NCBI GenBank assembly: GCA_976551045.1
Contig: CDPCPM010000017.1
Location: 4,154,001 to 4,218,000, forward strand
Direction: 5' to 3'
DNA length: 64,000 bases
From: Glaucostegus cemiculus
Lineage: Eukaryota
Both the position numbers and the translations under genes were made by a program. The notes below the pieces were generated by a model. That model saw only the letters and a list, made by a program, of their open reading frames with translations, had not been told where the DNA came from and did no database searches. This document shows positions 12,257-23,572 of this stretch, in pieces; positions within the stretch are counted from its first letter, which is position 1, and the number at the start of each line of letters is the position of its first letter.

Positions 12257-13849
12257 CTACAAGTCCGTTTCAGTACTTGGATCCATACAGAGGGTGTAGA
12301 GGGACTTCCTGATGTCGGCGGTGCTGTTGGCTTTGCAGTGTGTCCCTGCGCCGTTGTTCACCCCATCGCTGTTCTCCAAGTGATTGCCAATGGAGTTTCG
12401 GCTCCTCTTCAGATCCTCCGAGATGCTGCTCTCAACGTCGGTGTCGTGGTGCAGGTACTGGGCTTGCTCCACGTTGTCGTTCTCCCGGTGGTAGAAGTAG
12501 TTGAAGTTGGACACGATGACGGGCACGGGCAGCGCGATGGTCAGGACCCCGGCGATGGCGCACAGGGATCCCACGATCTTGCCCGCCATGGTGACGGGCT
12601 TCATGTCGCCGTAGCCCACGGTGGTCATGGTGACCACCGCCCACCAGAATGCGTCCGGGATGCTGGAGAAATGGGACCTGGGCTCATCGGCCTCGGCGAA
12701 GTAGACGGCGCTGGAGAAGAGGATGACGCCGATGAAGAGGAAGAAGATGAGCAGGCCCAGCTCCCTCATGCTCGCCTTCAGGGTCTGGCCCAGGATCTGG
12801 AGGCCCTTGGAGTGCCGGGACAGCTTGAAGATGCGGAAGACCCGGACCAGGCGGATGACCCTGAGGATGGCCAAGGACATGGCTTGCTGCCCGTTGGACT
12901 GCTGCTCGGCCAGCTCGGTGCCCAGCGTGATGAAGTAGGGGATGATGGCCACGATGTCGATGATGTTCATGATGTCCCTGGCGAAGACCGACTTGCTGGG
13001 GCAGGCGAAGAAGCGCACCAGGAGCTCCAGGGTGAACCAGACCACGCAGGTGGTCTCCACGATGAAGAAGGGGTCACTCAGGCCGTCGTTGGCCGCGCCC
13101 CGGGTGCCGTTGGCCGACCGGTTGTAGCCGCTGTACCTGTCGTCGCGGAACTCGGGCAGGGTCTCCAGGCAGAAGGTGATGATGGACACCACGATGACCA
13201 GCACCGAGACGATGGCGATGCCCCGGGCCGGGCTCGAACTCTCGGGGTACTCGAAGAGGAGCCAAAGTTGCTTCTGGAACTCCTGCTCGGGCATGGGCTT
13301 CTCCTTCTCCTTGATGAAGCCCTCGTCCTCCCTGAAGCGCTCCATGGCCTCGGGCCCCAGCTTGTAGAAGCGGATCTCGTCGGCGAACATGTCGATGGAG
13401 ACGTTGACGGGCCGGCGGATGCGGCCGCCCGACTGGTAGAAGTAGAGGATGCCGTCGAAGCAGGGTCGGTTGCGGTCGAAGAAGTACTCGTTCTTGAGGG
13501 GGTCGAAGTAGCGCATCCGCTTGTCGGGGTCGCCCAGCAGGCTGTCCGGGAACTGGCTCAGGGTGCCCAGCTGCGTCTCGTACCTCAGGCCGGCGATGTT
13601 GATCACCACCCGCTCGGAGCGCCCGCCGCCGCCGCCGCCGTCCGCCACATGCCGCCCGCCCTCCTCCGCCAAACCCTCGGGCAGTCCCGCCAGCTCGCAC
13701 ATGCTGCCCGCCGCCGCCGCCCGGGGGTCGGCGCCGTCCCCGTCCCGGGCCGCCGGGCGCGCCCGCCGGATTCCGCCTCCGCCGCCGCTGCTCGGACACC
13801 TGGCGCCCGCCGCCCCGCCGTCCTCCAACCTCAGCAGGGTGATGTCCAT
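12257..13849 (-). CDS. KCNA5: Voltage-gated potassium channel Kv1.5 (Shaker subfamily A member 5), intronless CDS, 530 aa
   Basis: Contains the T1 domain ([30 protein letters not shown]...EYFFDRNRP), S1-S6, S4 [17 protein letters not shown], pore TTVGYGD and the PVP gate. The N-terminus [12 protein letters not shown] and C-terminus [19 protein letters not shown] resemble the mammalian Kv1.5 termini as recalled (MEIALVPLENGG; DLRRSLYALCLDTSRETDL). Strong Kozak context ggcATGg. Confidence 0.95.
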   Translation of the reverse strand: MDITLLRLEDGGAAGARCPSSGGGGGIRRARPAARDGDGADPRAAAAGSMCELAGLPEGLAEEGGRHVADGGGGGGRSERVVINIAGLRYETQLGTLSQFPDSLLGDPDKRMRYFDPLKNEYFFDRNRPCFDGILYFYQSGGRIRRPVNVSIDMFADEIRFYKLGPEAMERFREDEGFIKEKEKPMPEQEFQKQLWLLFEYPESSSPARGIAIVSVLVIVVSIITFCLETLPEFRDDRYSGYNRSANGTRGAANDGLSDPFFIVETTCVVWFTLELLVRFFACPSKSVFARDIMNIIDIVAIIPYFITLGTELAEQQSNGQQAMSLAILRVIRLVRVFRIFKLSRHSKGLQILGQTLKASMRELGLLIFFLFIGVILFSSAVYFAEADEPRSHFSSIPDAFWWAVVTMTTVGYGDMKPVTMAGKIVGSLCAIAGVLTIALPVPVIVSNFNYFYHRENDNVEQAQYLHHDTDVESSISEDLKRSRNSIGNHLENSDGVNNGAGTHCKANSTADIRKSLYTLCMDPSTETDL

Positions 13850-13935
13850 GCCCGCTCCATTAAATATTCATCGGTGCTGCCGCCTCACTGATTTCGCAGC
13901 AGCGAATCAGTCGGCGGGAGGTAGGAGCGCCCAGA
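12310..13935. promoter_or_regulatory. CpG island over the KCNA5 CDS and proximal 5' region
   Basis: Sharp switch from AT-rich flanks to very GC- and CpG-rich sequence, e.g. gccgccgccgcc runs at 13620-13820. Confidence 0.85.
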
Positions 13936-13958
13936 GAGAGAGAGAGAGAGAGAGAGAG
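13933..13958. repeat. (GA)n microsatellite just upstream of KCNA5
   Basis: The run agagagagagagagagagagagagag is directly visible. Confidence 0.95.
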
Positions 13959-14630
13959 GGAACTGAGAACCAGCACCCAGCCAGATGAGCAAAACCTCAC
14001 TGAGTATCCCAGTGCTCAGTCATGCAAACACTTGGGATTACCTGAGCAGAAGCCACAGTCTTCCCACTCCCACTCCAGCCAAACCTTAGCCTAGATCCAT
14101 AACTGTCCTCACCATCAACCAGCCCTGCCCTTATTCTGCGCCGTCTCTCTATCCCACGGTTCCAGCCTCCTCCCCTCACCCCGAACCCGTTAACACTAAC
14201 GCTCTCCGATTGTTTTAACATGTGGCTCTCACACACAACCCCGTCCCTGCGCTGAATCTGCCCAGCCGAACCTTTCATCCTGCCTCACCTCCTAATCTCT
14301 ACTCTAATCAGCCCACTCACTCCCCAAGTGCCTTACCTCTCTTGTCCAAGCCCCAGAAACCTGCTAATTAAAGCCAAGTCACCTGCTTTAAATATTCCAG
14401 AAATCAACCTTCCTGCCACAGGTAAATGATTTAAATGGCAACACAAGCAGTTAGAATATGAAATTAAGACATCAAACCCTGTGTTATTTTGTTTACTTAG
14501 CATGCTGATTGAAGGACTTTCCACAATAGTCTGGTAAATAAACTGGAGGATACAGAGGTTTGATTGTTATTATTATAGAACAGTGAGAGGTGTCCCAGTC
14601 TCTGGATCACTACTGAAACAGAACTTTACA

Positions 14631-14872
14631 GCGGCACGATAGCGTAGCGGTTAGCGCGACGCTGTTACAGCGCCAGCAATCGGGGTTCGATTCCCGTCAC
14701 TGACTGTAAGGAGTTTAAACGTTCTCCCATGTCTGCGTGGGTTTCCTCCGGGTGCTCCGGTTTCCTCCCACATTCTAAAAAGACGTACGGGTAGGTTAAT
14801 TTGGGGGTTCAAAATAGGCGGCGTGGACTCGTTGGGCCGAAAGGGCCTGTTACCACGCTGTAAATAAAATTT
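14631..14872 (+). mobile_element. tRNA-derived V-SINE (HE1-like) with CR1-type tail, well preserved
   Basis: A-box tagcgtagcgg, B-box ggttcgattcc, V-domain tctgcgtgggtttcctccgggtgctccggtttcctcccaca, tail gttgggccgaaagggcctgtt...ctgtaaataaa. Many CpGs retained. Confidence 0.9.
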
Positions 14873-15599
14873 TAAAAATCTAATCAAAAGCAGTGACAAG
14901 AAAACCCAATTGCCTGATCCACTGCTGCTATTTATAATTTGTACAAGGTGTTCCAAGCTCATTGTCATTGGAACTGCTCAGTTCAAACCATCCTCCTCCC
15001 ATTTAGAAAGCTTAATTGTAAACACGGCTACTTCACGGTAAGATTAAATAGTTTACAGCTTCTAAGCCCAGGAGCTTTAGAAAGTAGAGTCCGTGTGGCA
15101 TGACATTCAGTCAAGCTGCTAGCTTGGCTTTGCATAGCAAATTCCTGCTTAGATCTCTCCCTTAGCAAAGATTCTTCAAAGGCAATCTGACCCGCAGTTG
15201 CCTGACAAGCTTCAGATGTGCATACAGTTAAGTTTTAGATACCAGAAATGATTCTCTGTCCCCACACTTCATTCCATATGACACTGAAGACTGACATTCT
15301 TTTCAGAAGATTGAGAGACAATAGGATCCAACCTCTTAAAATGATGAATCACATGAATAATATTAATATAATCAGATTGGGGACATTTATTTATTCATGG
15401 ATTAAAAGGGCCAATTTTATATTAAGAAAATCGTGCTTCCAGTGGAGAGACTTAACAACCAGGGAATCATGTACAGACTTTTCATGATTTTTCCAACCTG
15501 ATAGAAAAGGACTTCCTCCAGAAGGTGTGAAATCCAAGTGTGGGAATAGATTTGGAAATGGAACGGTTGTGACTGAGAGTTCTGTCAAGTGTGGATGGG

Positions 15600-16105
15600 A
15601 AAAAGAAGCACAACTTGGAATTTGGGAGCTGCTGTTACCAGAACAGATATGATGGAATCAAGGTGACCAGGAGCACGGAATGGAATCCTTACAGGAAGCA
15701 AGGTGGGAGTAAGTGTAGTCAAGATAGCTGTGGGAGTCTGTGTACTTGTAATGGATGTTGGTTATCTACCTCATAAGATGGAGATAGAGGAATCAACAAA
15801 GGGAAGGGAAGAGTTAGATGTGGATTGTGTAGGTGTGCGAAAAGGTGATGAAACTTTCAATTTCTGTGCAAGTGCAGGAAGCAGCACCAATACAGTAATC
15901 TATTTACCAGAGCAAGCAGTGAGGGAAGGGAGGCTCAGGCGGGACTGGAACAGTGATCAAATCCACTATCCCACAAAGAATTAGGCATAGCTTGACCCAT
16001 GCCTGTTCCCAGAGCTCTACCTTTGATTTGGAGGAAGTTAAAGAAGAAGTTGCTGCACGTAAGAACAAGTTCAACTTGGCAAGGCAGAGCAGTAGTGGAG
16101 GGAGA
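15600..16105 (-). mobile_element. Penelope-like element, RT fragment
   Basis: Minus-strand peptide VELVLTCSNFFFN-FLQIKGRALGTGMG resembles the PLE RT motif ELVLTLNNFSF...FLQxKGVAMGTxMGP. Confidence 0.75.
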
Positions 16106-16109
16106 CGAG

Positions 16110-18700
16110 GAAGAATGTAAGAAATAGAAACAAGAGATAATTTGGCCCCTCGTACTGGCTCCACCTTTCAATAATATCTTGTCTGATCCTCTGCTGCACT
16201 AACCTTCTATATCTTAATTTCCTTAACATCCAAAAATCCATCCATATCTATCTTGAATATACTGAGGGAGTGAACTCTCTGTGTCCTGAGCAGATAATTT
16301 CAAGCATTCACTTACTCTCCAGGTGAACAACTTTCCTCTCATCTCAGTCATGAATGGCTGACCCTTTATTCTGAAAGATACCCCATCCAGGGAAAGCATT
16401 ATCTGGCATCTATCTATTCTGTAAGAATTGTATATGTTTCAATCAGATAACTTCCCATTCTTCTAAACTCCTTTCCCTTCCCTCAGCTAAGAACTACTTA
16501 GTGAATCTTCATTGCCTTCCTTCTATCAAAAGTATCTCCATCCTTAGATAGGATGACCATACAATATTCCTGATGTGGCCTTACCAAGGCCCAATATAAT
16601 GTCAGTAGGAATCTTTCCTCTTGTATTGAAATCTTCTTGCAGTAAAGGCCAACCTATCATTTACCTTCCTAGTTATTTGCTGAACTTTCAGTGACTCAGG
16701 TACAAGGACACCCTTTGAATTTCTCACCATTTAAAAAGTACTTTGCCTTTCTTTGCTGTTATATTCCATCTGCCATGCCCTTGCCCATTCGCTTAGCCTG
16801 TATATATTCCCTTGCAGCCTCTTTACACCCTCCTCACATCCTGCTACCCAGCTTTATAACATCAGCAAATGTGGATATATTGCACTTGGTGCCCTGATTC
16901 AAGTTGTGGATATAGATTGCAAACAGCTGGGGTCCAGCACCAATCCTGGCAGTACATACCCCTCACTGCCTCCTGCTCCATTTATTCGTATTCCATTTAT
17001 TCATATTCCATTTTATGTCTGCTAATCAATCCTCAGTTCAAACCCAGGGTATTACCCCCCAATCTCATCTGCTGTTGGTTTTGTTTAAAAACCTCTTGTA
17101 TAGCTCCTTATAAAAGGCCTTCTGAAAGTCCAAGTACACTCCAAATACATCATATCTGCTGGTTGCCCCCTTTTCTGTTTTGCTAATTATAACATCAAAG
17201 CACAAATAGATTTGTCAAACATGATTTTCCTTTCATAAATCTACTTGAGCTCTCCCCTATCCTACCACTATTTTCTGTGTGCCCTTTTCCTTGTTCCCCA
17301 ATAATAATTTACAGCATTTTTCCTGCCACTGATATCAGGCTAACTGCTCTGTGGGTCCCCATGTTCTCTCTTCATCATTTCTTACATAGTGGAGTTAAAT
17401 TTGCTCTCTTCCAATCTGTGGGAAATGCTCTAGAGTGAAATTTTGAAATATAATATCAAAACCATCTACTATTTCCATTGCTATCTCGGGTCCTGAGGGT
17501 TTATTGGCTTGCAGGCACATTAATTTTTTTCCGATACTTATTTATTTGTATTTTGTTCCTTCGCTCTATAAAATGTACATCACCACTATTTCCAGGAGGG
17601 TTTCTTTCAAGCAAATTTGCACAAAATATCTGTTTAGTTTCTCTGCCATTTCCTCATTCCCCAGTGATTTCTCTTGTCTCATCATTCTATAAGCGGCTCA
17701 CATGAACTTGTACTAATCTTTTCCTGTCGATGCATCTATTGAGGCACTTACAAGGTCTGTTTTACGTTTCTCACCAGATTACTCTCATATTCTGCTTTCC
17801 TTTTCCTTATCAATGTTATCCTTTGCTCAATTCTGAAATTTTCTCCAATCCTCAGGCCTGCTGCTTTTTTGGCAATATTATCTTTGACTTAATACTATCT
17901 TTAGCTTCTCTTGGTAGCCATGAGTGGAACATTCTTCCCAGATTTTTGTGCCTTAAGCTATATTAATTCCTTAAACATTAGCTTGCTTCTTGTTTACTTT
18001 CATAGTTCTTAATGTTGTTTCCTGATTTACGACAGCCAAATCGTACATTATATTTCGTAGCTTGCTTTCAGTTTGGATTTAAGACACCCATCACTTTTAG
18101 TGTTTCTATGAATTGCTATCATATTTTGTTCACTCTTCCTAAAAGGCCTCTTAACTACCTTTGCTCGTGGCACAATGAGAGTGGCACACAGTGGCACAGC
18201 TGCCTCACAGTTCCAGGGACATGACATTGGGTGCTGTCCACGTGAAGTTTGTACATTTTATGGGTTTGTACCTTTCCCTTACAGCCATGTGGAGTGCCCA
18301 GTTTCCCTTTACATCCCAAAGATGTCCTGTTATGTTAATTTGATACTGTCAACTAACCTTAGTTTAGGTAAATGGCAATAGAATCAAAGGGATATTATGG
18401 GTATGTGAGCAAAAAATAAGCTGCAGGGATACAGGGAAATAAGAAAGGAAAGTAGACTGGTGGGATTTCTCTGCTGGAAGCAGCATTGAATTGATGGGCT
18501 GAATGGCCTGTGTGGTAATAAAACTAAATCAAAAATAGTCCATTCTGTTGTTGGCTTTTCAACACATTGATCTAGAAAGCCATCTCTTACACACTCCAGA
18601 AATTCAACTTCTGTACCACATCAATTAATTTGGTTAGTCCACTCTATGTAGATTAAACTCCCTTGTGCTTATTATAATACCCTAGATGCACTCTTTTCAT
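16110..18700 (-). mobile_element. Long decayed CR1 LINE, interrupted by a SINE at about 18180-18520
   Basis: CR1 tail at about 16110-16150 (aagaaatagaaacaagag...), followed by RT remnants: aaggccttctgaaagtccaagtacac is the reverse complement of VYLDFQKAF, and ggcagtacataccc-type GVPQG region; also ttccaatc (DW). Confidence 0.8.
18181..18520 (+). mobile_element. Decayed V-SINE nested in CR1
   Basis: gtggcacacagtggcacagctgcctcacag head, ccagtttccctttacatcccaaagatgt V-domain end, gatgggctgaatggcctg tail. Confidence 0.7.
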
Positions 18701-18877
18701 GTTCTTATTGGAACTCAGGTTCTCCACCATTCTAGACATGCAATCTCACATTTGTCTATATTAAGGTTACCTTGCATCAATCCACACAAATCTCTTTCAT
18801 CCTTACATCCCAAGCAACTCCTTCACAGTTATTTATGCTCTCTGTTTTTGCATCATCCACAAATTTTAATCATGTGC

Positions 18878-18958
18878 CTTTAATACTTGGGCATATTTAA
18901 GATGTAAGAATTGAGTGAATCTCAATTCTTACATCTTAAATATGCACAAGTATTAAAG
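18878..18958. repeat. Near-perfect palindrome/hairpin: 38-bp arms, 5-nt loop
   Basis: ctttaatacttgggcatatttaagatgtaagaattgag-tgaat-ctcaattcttacatcttaaatatgcacaagtattaaag; 1 mismatch. Confidence 0.95.
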
Positions 18959-19469
18959 TTGTTTACATCACTCTCTCTAGCATGAAAGCATCCTTGAATA
19001 TCCCTCTGTTTATCAAACGGCATTTCTCCACTAATGTCACAATTTTTTTTGATACAGTGCACCTTTATCAGTGAAATTATTTATTAATCAAATGCCTTTT
19101 GACAGTCCTCATAGAGAACATCAGCTTAATACACATCATAGCTTTCTATATCCCCTAAAAGACTTTATTATATAAATAAAGTTTTAAATAAACCAATGCT
19201 AGCAAGTGAAATAGGCTCCTCAGTGGCATTGATTTAAGTAATTCCAGGGACTGAAAAGAGAAGAGGAAGTTGGTGCTTACTCATTCACCTAAATAAATTC
19301 TGCACGAGAGATCAAGTACATTAAAAAAATTGATGAGAGTCTATTTGGTTGAGCTCAAGTTTAATGTAGACCTACCACGCTGTCTAAGAAACACAAAATA
19401 CCAGTGTTGTTGAGATAGTCTCCACCATATGTGTTTTTAAAAATTATATACTAAAGCAAAGCCCCATCT

Positions 19470-19640
19470 GACTAGCATTATTCAAGGGGTGGAGAATTCT
19501 CCCACTTGTCTGACGTATTCCCCTCTGAACCAATTCCCAAAGAGTCAATCAATTTACTCATTGCCATTTGTTGGTTAATGTTGGCTCGGGATGGCTGGTG
19601 TGTTTGCTTCCATAACAACAAAACTTGTGAAAATCTTTCT
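19470..19640 (+). mobile_element. Deu-domain SINE remnant (SacSINE1/AmnSINE1-like)
   Basis: gcattattcaagggg...gaattctccc...tattccctctgaaccaa...ctcattgccatttgttgg...tttgcttccataacaaca resembles the Deu domain as recalled; heavily diverged. Confidence 0.5.
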
Positions 19641-19679
19641 GAGTTCCTAAAATTGTTCAAGAAAGAAATCACGATCAAT

Positions 19680-19866
19680 GATAAGCATGGGTTAATGGGC
19701 CACTGTAAGTTGTAGACGAGTAGTGGAAACTGGGGATAGTTGATGATAATGTTGGGAAAATGAAAAACAAAGGGATTAGTGTAGGATAAGTGAAAATGGG
19801 TGCTTGATGATCAGTGCAGACTCAGTGGGATGAAGGGCCTTTTCAGTGCTGTATGGTTCTATGACA
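19680..19866 (+). mobile_element. 3' half of a V-SINE (CR1-type tail)
   Basis: ggttaatgggccactgtaagttg...gggtgcttgatgatcagtgcagactcagtgggatgaagggccttttcagtgctgtatg. Confidence 0.7.
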
Positions 19867-20879
19867 GATAATGACCAATATCTTTAAAAATCCTCAGTGA
19901 ATTGCAAGATACTTGAAAAATGTCATTCCAATTTATTGTTCCTAAATAAATGTTTTACTTGCTTTCTTGATTCATATAAATGGTTATTCAATTTTGAAAA
20001 CTTAATTAGCTTGTTTCTGAGAGAAGCCTGTGTATGATGTCAGCAAATCAGCACTCAAATTTATGTCCCAATTATTACAGAGCACGGCTATTTTATAGAA
20101 GCAAAAGATTTTGTCTTGTATTCTAATAGATCCTGTATTGCCTAACCTGGATTGCGATTAGTTCATAGACCTGCCTTTTCTCTTATTATCTTGCCTCTAC
20201 TATTCCATGGTTCCTAATTTTTAGATTTCTCATCTTTTTTATTTTCTCCTTACAATTAAAGTAGATGCAGTAGAAGGAGACATCTGAGAGCATATCCTGC
20301 CTTCCGGTAGAAGCTAGGCACCTTCAGTTTTCTGTTACTGTGGTCTAACATCAAAAGTTACATTTGATTTTATTCTGTCGTTAGTTTTGTTGGCCGTAGG
20401 AATCAGAGATCAGCTGGTGTTATCAGCTGAATGATGCTTCCACTGGAAGTTCATTTGTCCCCACTGAACTCCTAAAATGTCTCTAGACATCGTAGCCCAT
20501 CCGAGGCAGTTTTAACCTGAAGAAGTCAGCTTCTTATGGTAAATTCTACCATCCGCATGGGACTGCTTGCATTTATAAACAGCTGTGGCTAATGGGCAGT
20601 GGGCTATTAATGGTAAACTCCCAGGTCACGTGGTATGTGGCCTCATCTTCTTTTAGAACGGACAGCAGGGAATGCAAAGTTAAGAAATTAACCCAAAAAG
20701 TTAAAAGTTCTTGGCCGTTCGTATTCCAGTTAGTGTTTGTGTTTTTTTGAAGTAAACTACGTTACTTTTCTAAAGAGCAGATGTAGGTCATCTTTTCTCT
20801 AATACTTTGAGACAGTTTCTTGATACATATGGCTAGAGATATATGCAGGATATGTGTATACTTGTCCTCCTTCTCTGAA

Positions 20880-21425
20880 TTTCTCTGTCTTTATCTCAGG
20901 AGCAGAATTGCCACTGACATTTTCTATAAACCTACTGACTCCCACAGCTGCCTTCTACATCTGCTCCCAGCCTGTCCACTGTAAGGACACCATTTTTTCT
21001 CAACTTCTCTATCTCTGCCACATATGCTCTCAAGATGAGGCCTTCTTCTCTAGAGTTTCTGATATTTCATCCTTCTTCCAGAAGCGTGGCTTCCCCTCTC
21101 CCTTAGTTGATGGAGACCTCACACATATTTCCTCCATTTTCCATACTCCTGCTCTGAAACCCCCACCCCCAATCTCCCCAGCAATACAGTTCCCTTGGTC
21201 CTCACCTTTCACCCCACCAGCCTCCACATCCAACACATCATCTTCCGTCATTTCCGCCAGCTCCAACACGATCTCACCGCCTTCTTCCCTCACCTTCCCC
21301 TCTCCTCTCTTTTCTGCATTCCGCAGAGACTGATCTCTTCAGGACTCCCTGTTTCACTCATCCCCTCCCACCCATCCCTCCCCGTCCCCTGGCATTTTCC
21401 TCGGCAGCTGTAGGAGTGTAACACC
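20880..21425 (+). mobile_element. Penelope-like element, RT thumb/linker fragment
   Basis: Peptides TDIFYKPTDSHS, CKDTIFSQLLYLCHICSQDEAFFSRVSDISSFFQKRGFP and LVLTFHPTSLHIQHIIFRHFRQLQ are characteristic of PLE ORFs. Confidence 0.85.
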
Positions 21426-21667
21426 TAGGGAGCAAAATGTCAATAGTCTGAAAACCACTCAGAGGGATGGGTTGGGAAGTTGCAACTAATCTGCTGTCAA
21501 GCATTTAAATTTATTAATGGGGCTGTATGCCTCTAATTTTAAAGGAAAATAGCAATTAATAGCAGGTGATCACCTAGCAACTGAATAGAAGCAAAAGGGA
21601 AGAAATGCAACAGGTAAGTGCCTTTCTAGCTCTCCTTATAGACTACAAGGAGCAAAGACAAGAAGTC

Positions 21668-21990
21668 GAGAAACAAAGGACTGCAGATGCTGGAATCTAG
21701 ATGAAAAACACTATGATACTGGAGGAACTCAGCAGACCAGGCAGCATCCGTGGAGAAAAGCAGGCAGTCAACGTTTCAGGTTAGGACCCTTAGGACTGAA
21801 GATAGGAAGAGGGGAAGCCCAATATATAGGAGGGAAAAGCAGAGCAGTGACAGGTGGACTAGTGTGGGAGGGCAAGTTGAAGTGACTGGCAATGGGGAGA
21901 TGCAGGCTGCGGTTACAGACAGAGCGCACGTGTTCTTCAAAATGGTCACCTGCTCTGCGTTTGGTTTCACCGGTGTAGAGGAGGCCACAA
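21668..21990 (-). mobile_element. Penelope-like terminal repeat plus endonuclease remnant
   Basis: ctgcagatgctggaatc...ctcagcagaccaggcagcatc...aacgtttcagg terminal motif, followed by gaagtgactggcaatggggaga...ttggtttcaccggtgtag (GIY-YIG region, reverse strand). Confidence 0.7.
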
Positions 21991-22504
21991 AGAAGACAAG
22001 AAGTCCCCTCCAGACTAACTGGCCATTAAAACTAGTTCCAACCCAGACTTAAGTGACCACAATCTGAACCCTCACTGCTGGTCACTAATGTTCTCAAATA
22101 TTTTCTCCTTTGTCTGAGGCCTCCACTGTCTCCTCTCTGCTCCTTGAATACGTCCTTCCACCAGCCCTGGAGCCAGTTGTCCACACAATCTGGCTGACCG
22201 CCATCCAGTAAAAATAAGAAAATGGTCAAACAGGATCCTACTGTTAATTTGGCAGGATGTATCCATCACCCAAATTTAGTTTCCTGGCTGTTATCATTCT
22301 CACCCCACTTCCAACACCTCTCAATTCCACATAAATATTAGTGCCTTATTTTTGATTATTATAATACCGCTATTTTATTTTTTCCAGAGACAGAAAGCTG
22401 TGATTTGAATTAAGATTCTTTCACAGCTGTCATACTCCATCTGCAGTGTTAGGTTTTTTTAACAGCCACTATCACTTAGACTCAAATTGTGAATGATGCG
22501 CTTT

Positions 22505-22705
22505 GTGCTGCTGGAAATAATGTGCTAAGATTGTATGGAGAGAGAAAGAAAATTAATGTTTCAGGTCAATGACCCTCCCTCAGAACTCTGAAGAAGGGTC
22601 ATTGACCTGAAATGCCAATTGTTTCTCACACCACTGATGCAGCCTGTTTTGCTGAGTATCCCCAGCACTTTGTTTTTATTCCAGACTTCCAGCATATGCA
22701 GTGTT
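22505..22705. mobile_element. Palindromic non-autonomous element made of two inverted Penelope terminal repeats
   Basis: Central palindrome tttcaggtcaatgaccct...agggtcattgacctgaaa; the arms match the gctggaaat/ccagca terminal family also seen at about 4640, 23150, 25790, 27785, 28750, 40490, 42960 and 50570. Confidence 0.7.
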
Positions 22706-23350
22706 TTCTTCGCTCTTCAACAGGATTTTATGTAATTGACTGAATGAATCTAATTTGAATATTCCTTTAAAAAAAACAATTCGTAAACTTTTTGCAAACC
22801 TGGATTCAATAGCATTGACACTTTTTGCAAATGTCAGTAATTTTGATGAGCTTCCTTTTAATGAGCAACAGTTAAACTTTGTAGACTTTACTGCTGTAGA
22901 GTTTAAAAACAGATAAATGACTGCTATCTGTGGCTGGAAATATGACATAAATTTAAAAATTAGTTGGATGCGAATTCGTAACCAAGCCGTTATTCAGCTG
23001 CTACTTGTCTAAAGATGGGAAAGAGATGTTTTTCTCTCGATGAATCTGTCCATGCTTATTATTCTAGCAACTTAGTAGGAATGTTGAATCCATTACAAAA
23101 TGTCCTATGATGTAAGGGAACCTACTCAATAAGGTGATAAAGGACCTGTGTCCTGAGACATTAACTCGATTTCTCTTTCCACTGATGCTGTCTAGCCTGC
23201 TGAGTGTTTTCACATTTTCTACATAATCCACAAGTGGGTGATGCAATTTTCCTATGTTGAGAAAGTTTATGCTTTGAATTACATTCTTTGGTTCTAAATA
23301 ATTGTTTGGGTTTAATTTTGCAAATGCTTAGTTTTAAAGCCAAAGCTAAG

Positions 23351-23572
23351 TACAGGTCCTTCCAAGCGCATGAACACTCGACTTATGTATAGCTCATACA
23401 TACAAACGAGCTTTCGGGAAACTGGCAGTATGGATGTGCTGGCTGGTGCAGGGCTGCAGGCATCTCCTGCTGTATGAGAGCTCGGTTTGTGGTGGCATTT
23501 CCGACTTGTGAACTGTTCGAGATACAGAGAGTTCACAGGAACAGAATCCTGTTAACCTGAAGGCAACCAGTA
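23351..23572. mobile_element. Tc1/mariner (Tigger-like) MITE
   Basis: TA-flanked degenerate termini tacaggtccttc...gaaggcaaccagta and internal cgactt repeats. Confidence 0.5.

Noticed and set aside
12338-13891. 517-aa antisense ORF and other overlapping ORFs (13074-13799, 13521-13988) across KCNA5
   Set aside because: These are shadow ORFs expected from the extreme GC and third-position bias of the real CDS; they are low-complexity with no recognisable domain.
13990-14345. Several minus-strand splice-donor-like motifs upstream of KCNA5 (near 14040, 14287, 14335)
   Set aside because: No convincing matching acceptor before the ATG; a 5' UTR intron cannot be supported without transcript data.
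14631-14705. tRNA-like sequence with A and B boxes (also at about 32350-32425)
   Set aside because: It continues directly into a V-domain and LINE tail, so it is a SINE head rather than a tRNA gene.
20854-21413. 159-aa ORF as a host gene
   Set aside because: It is a frameshifted Penelope RT remnant.
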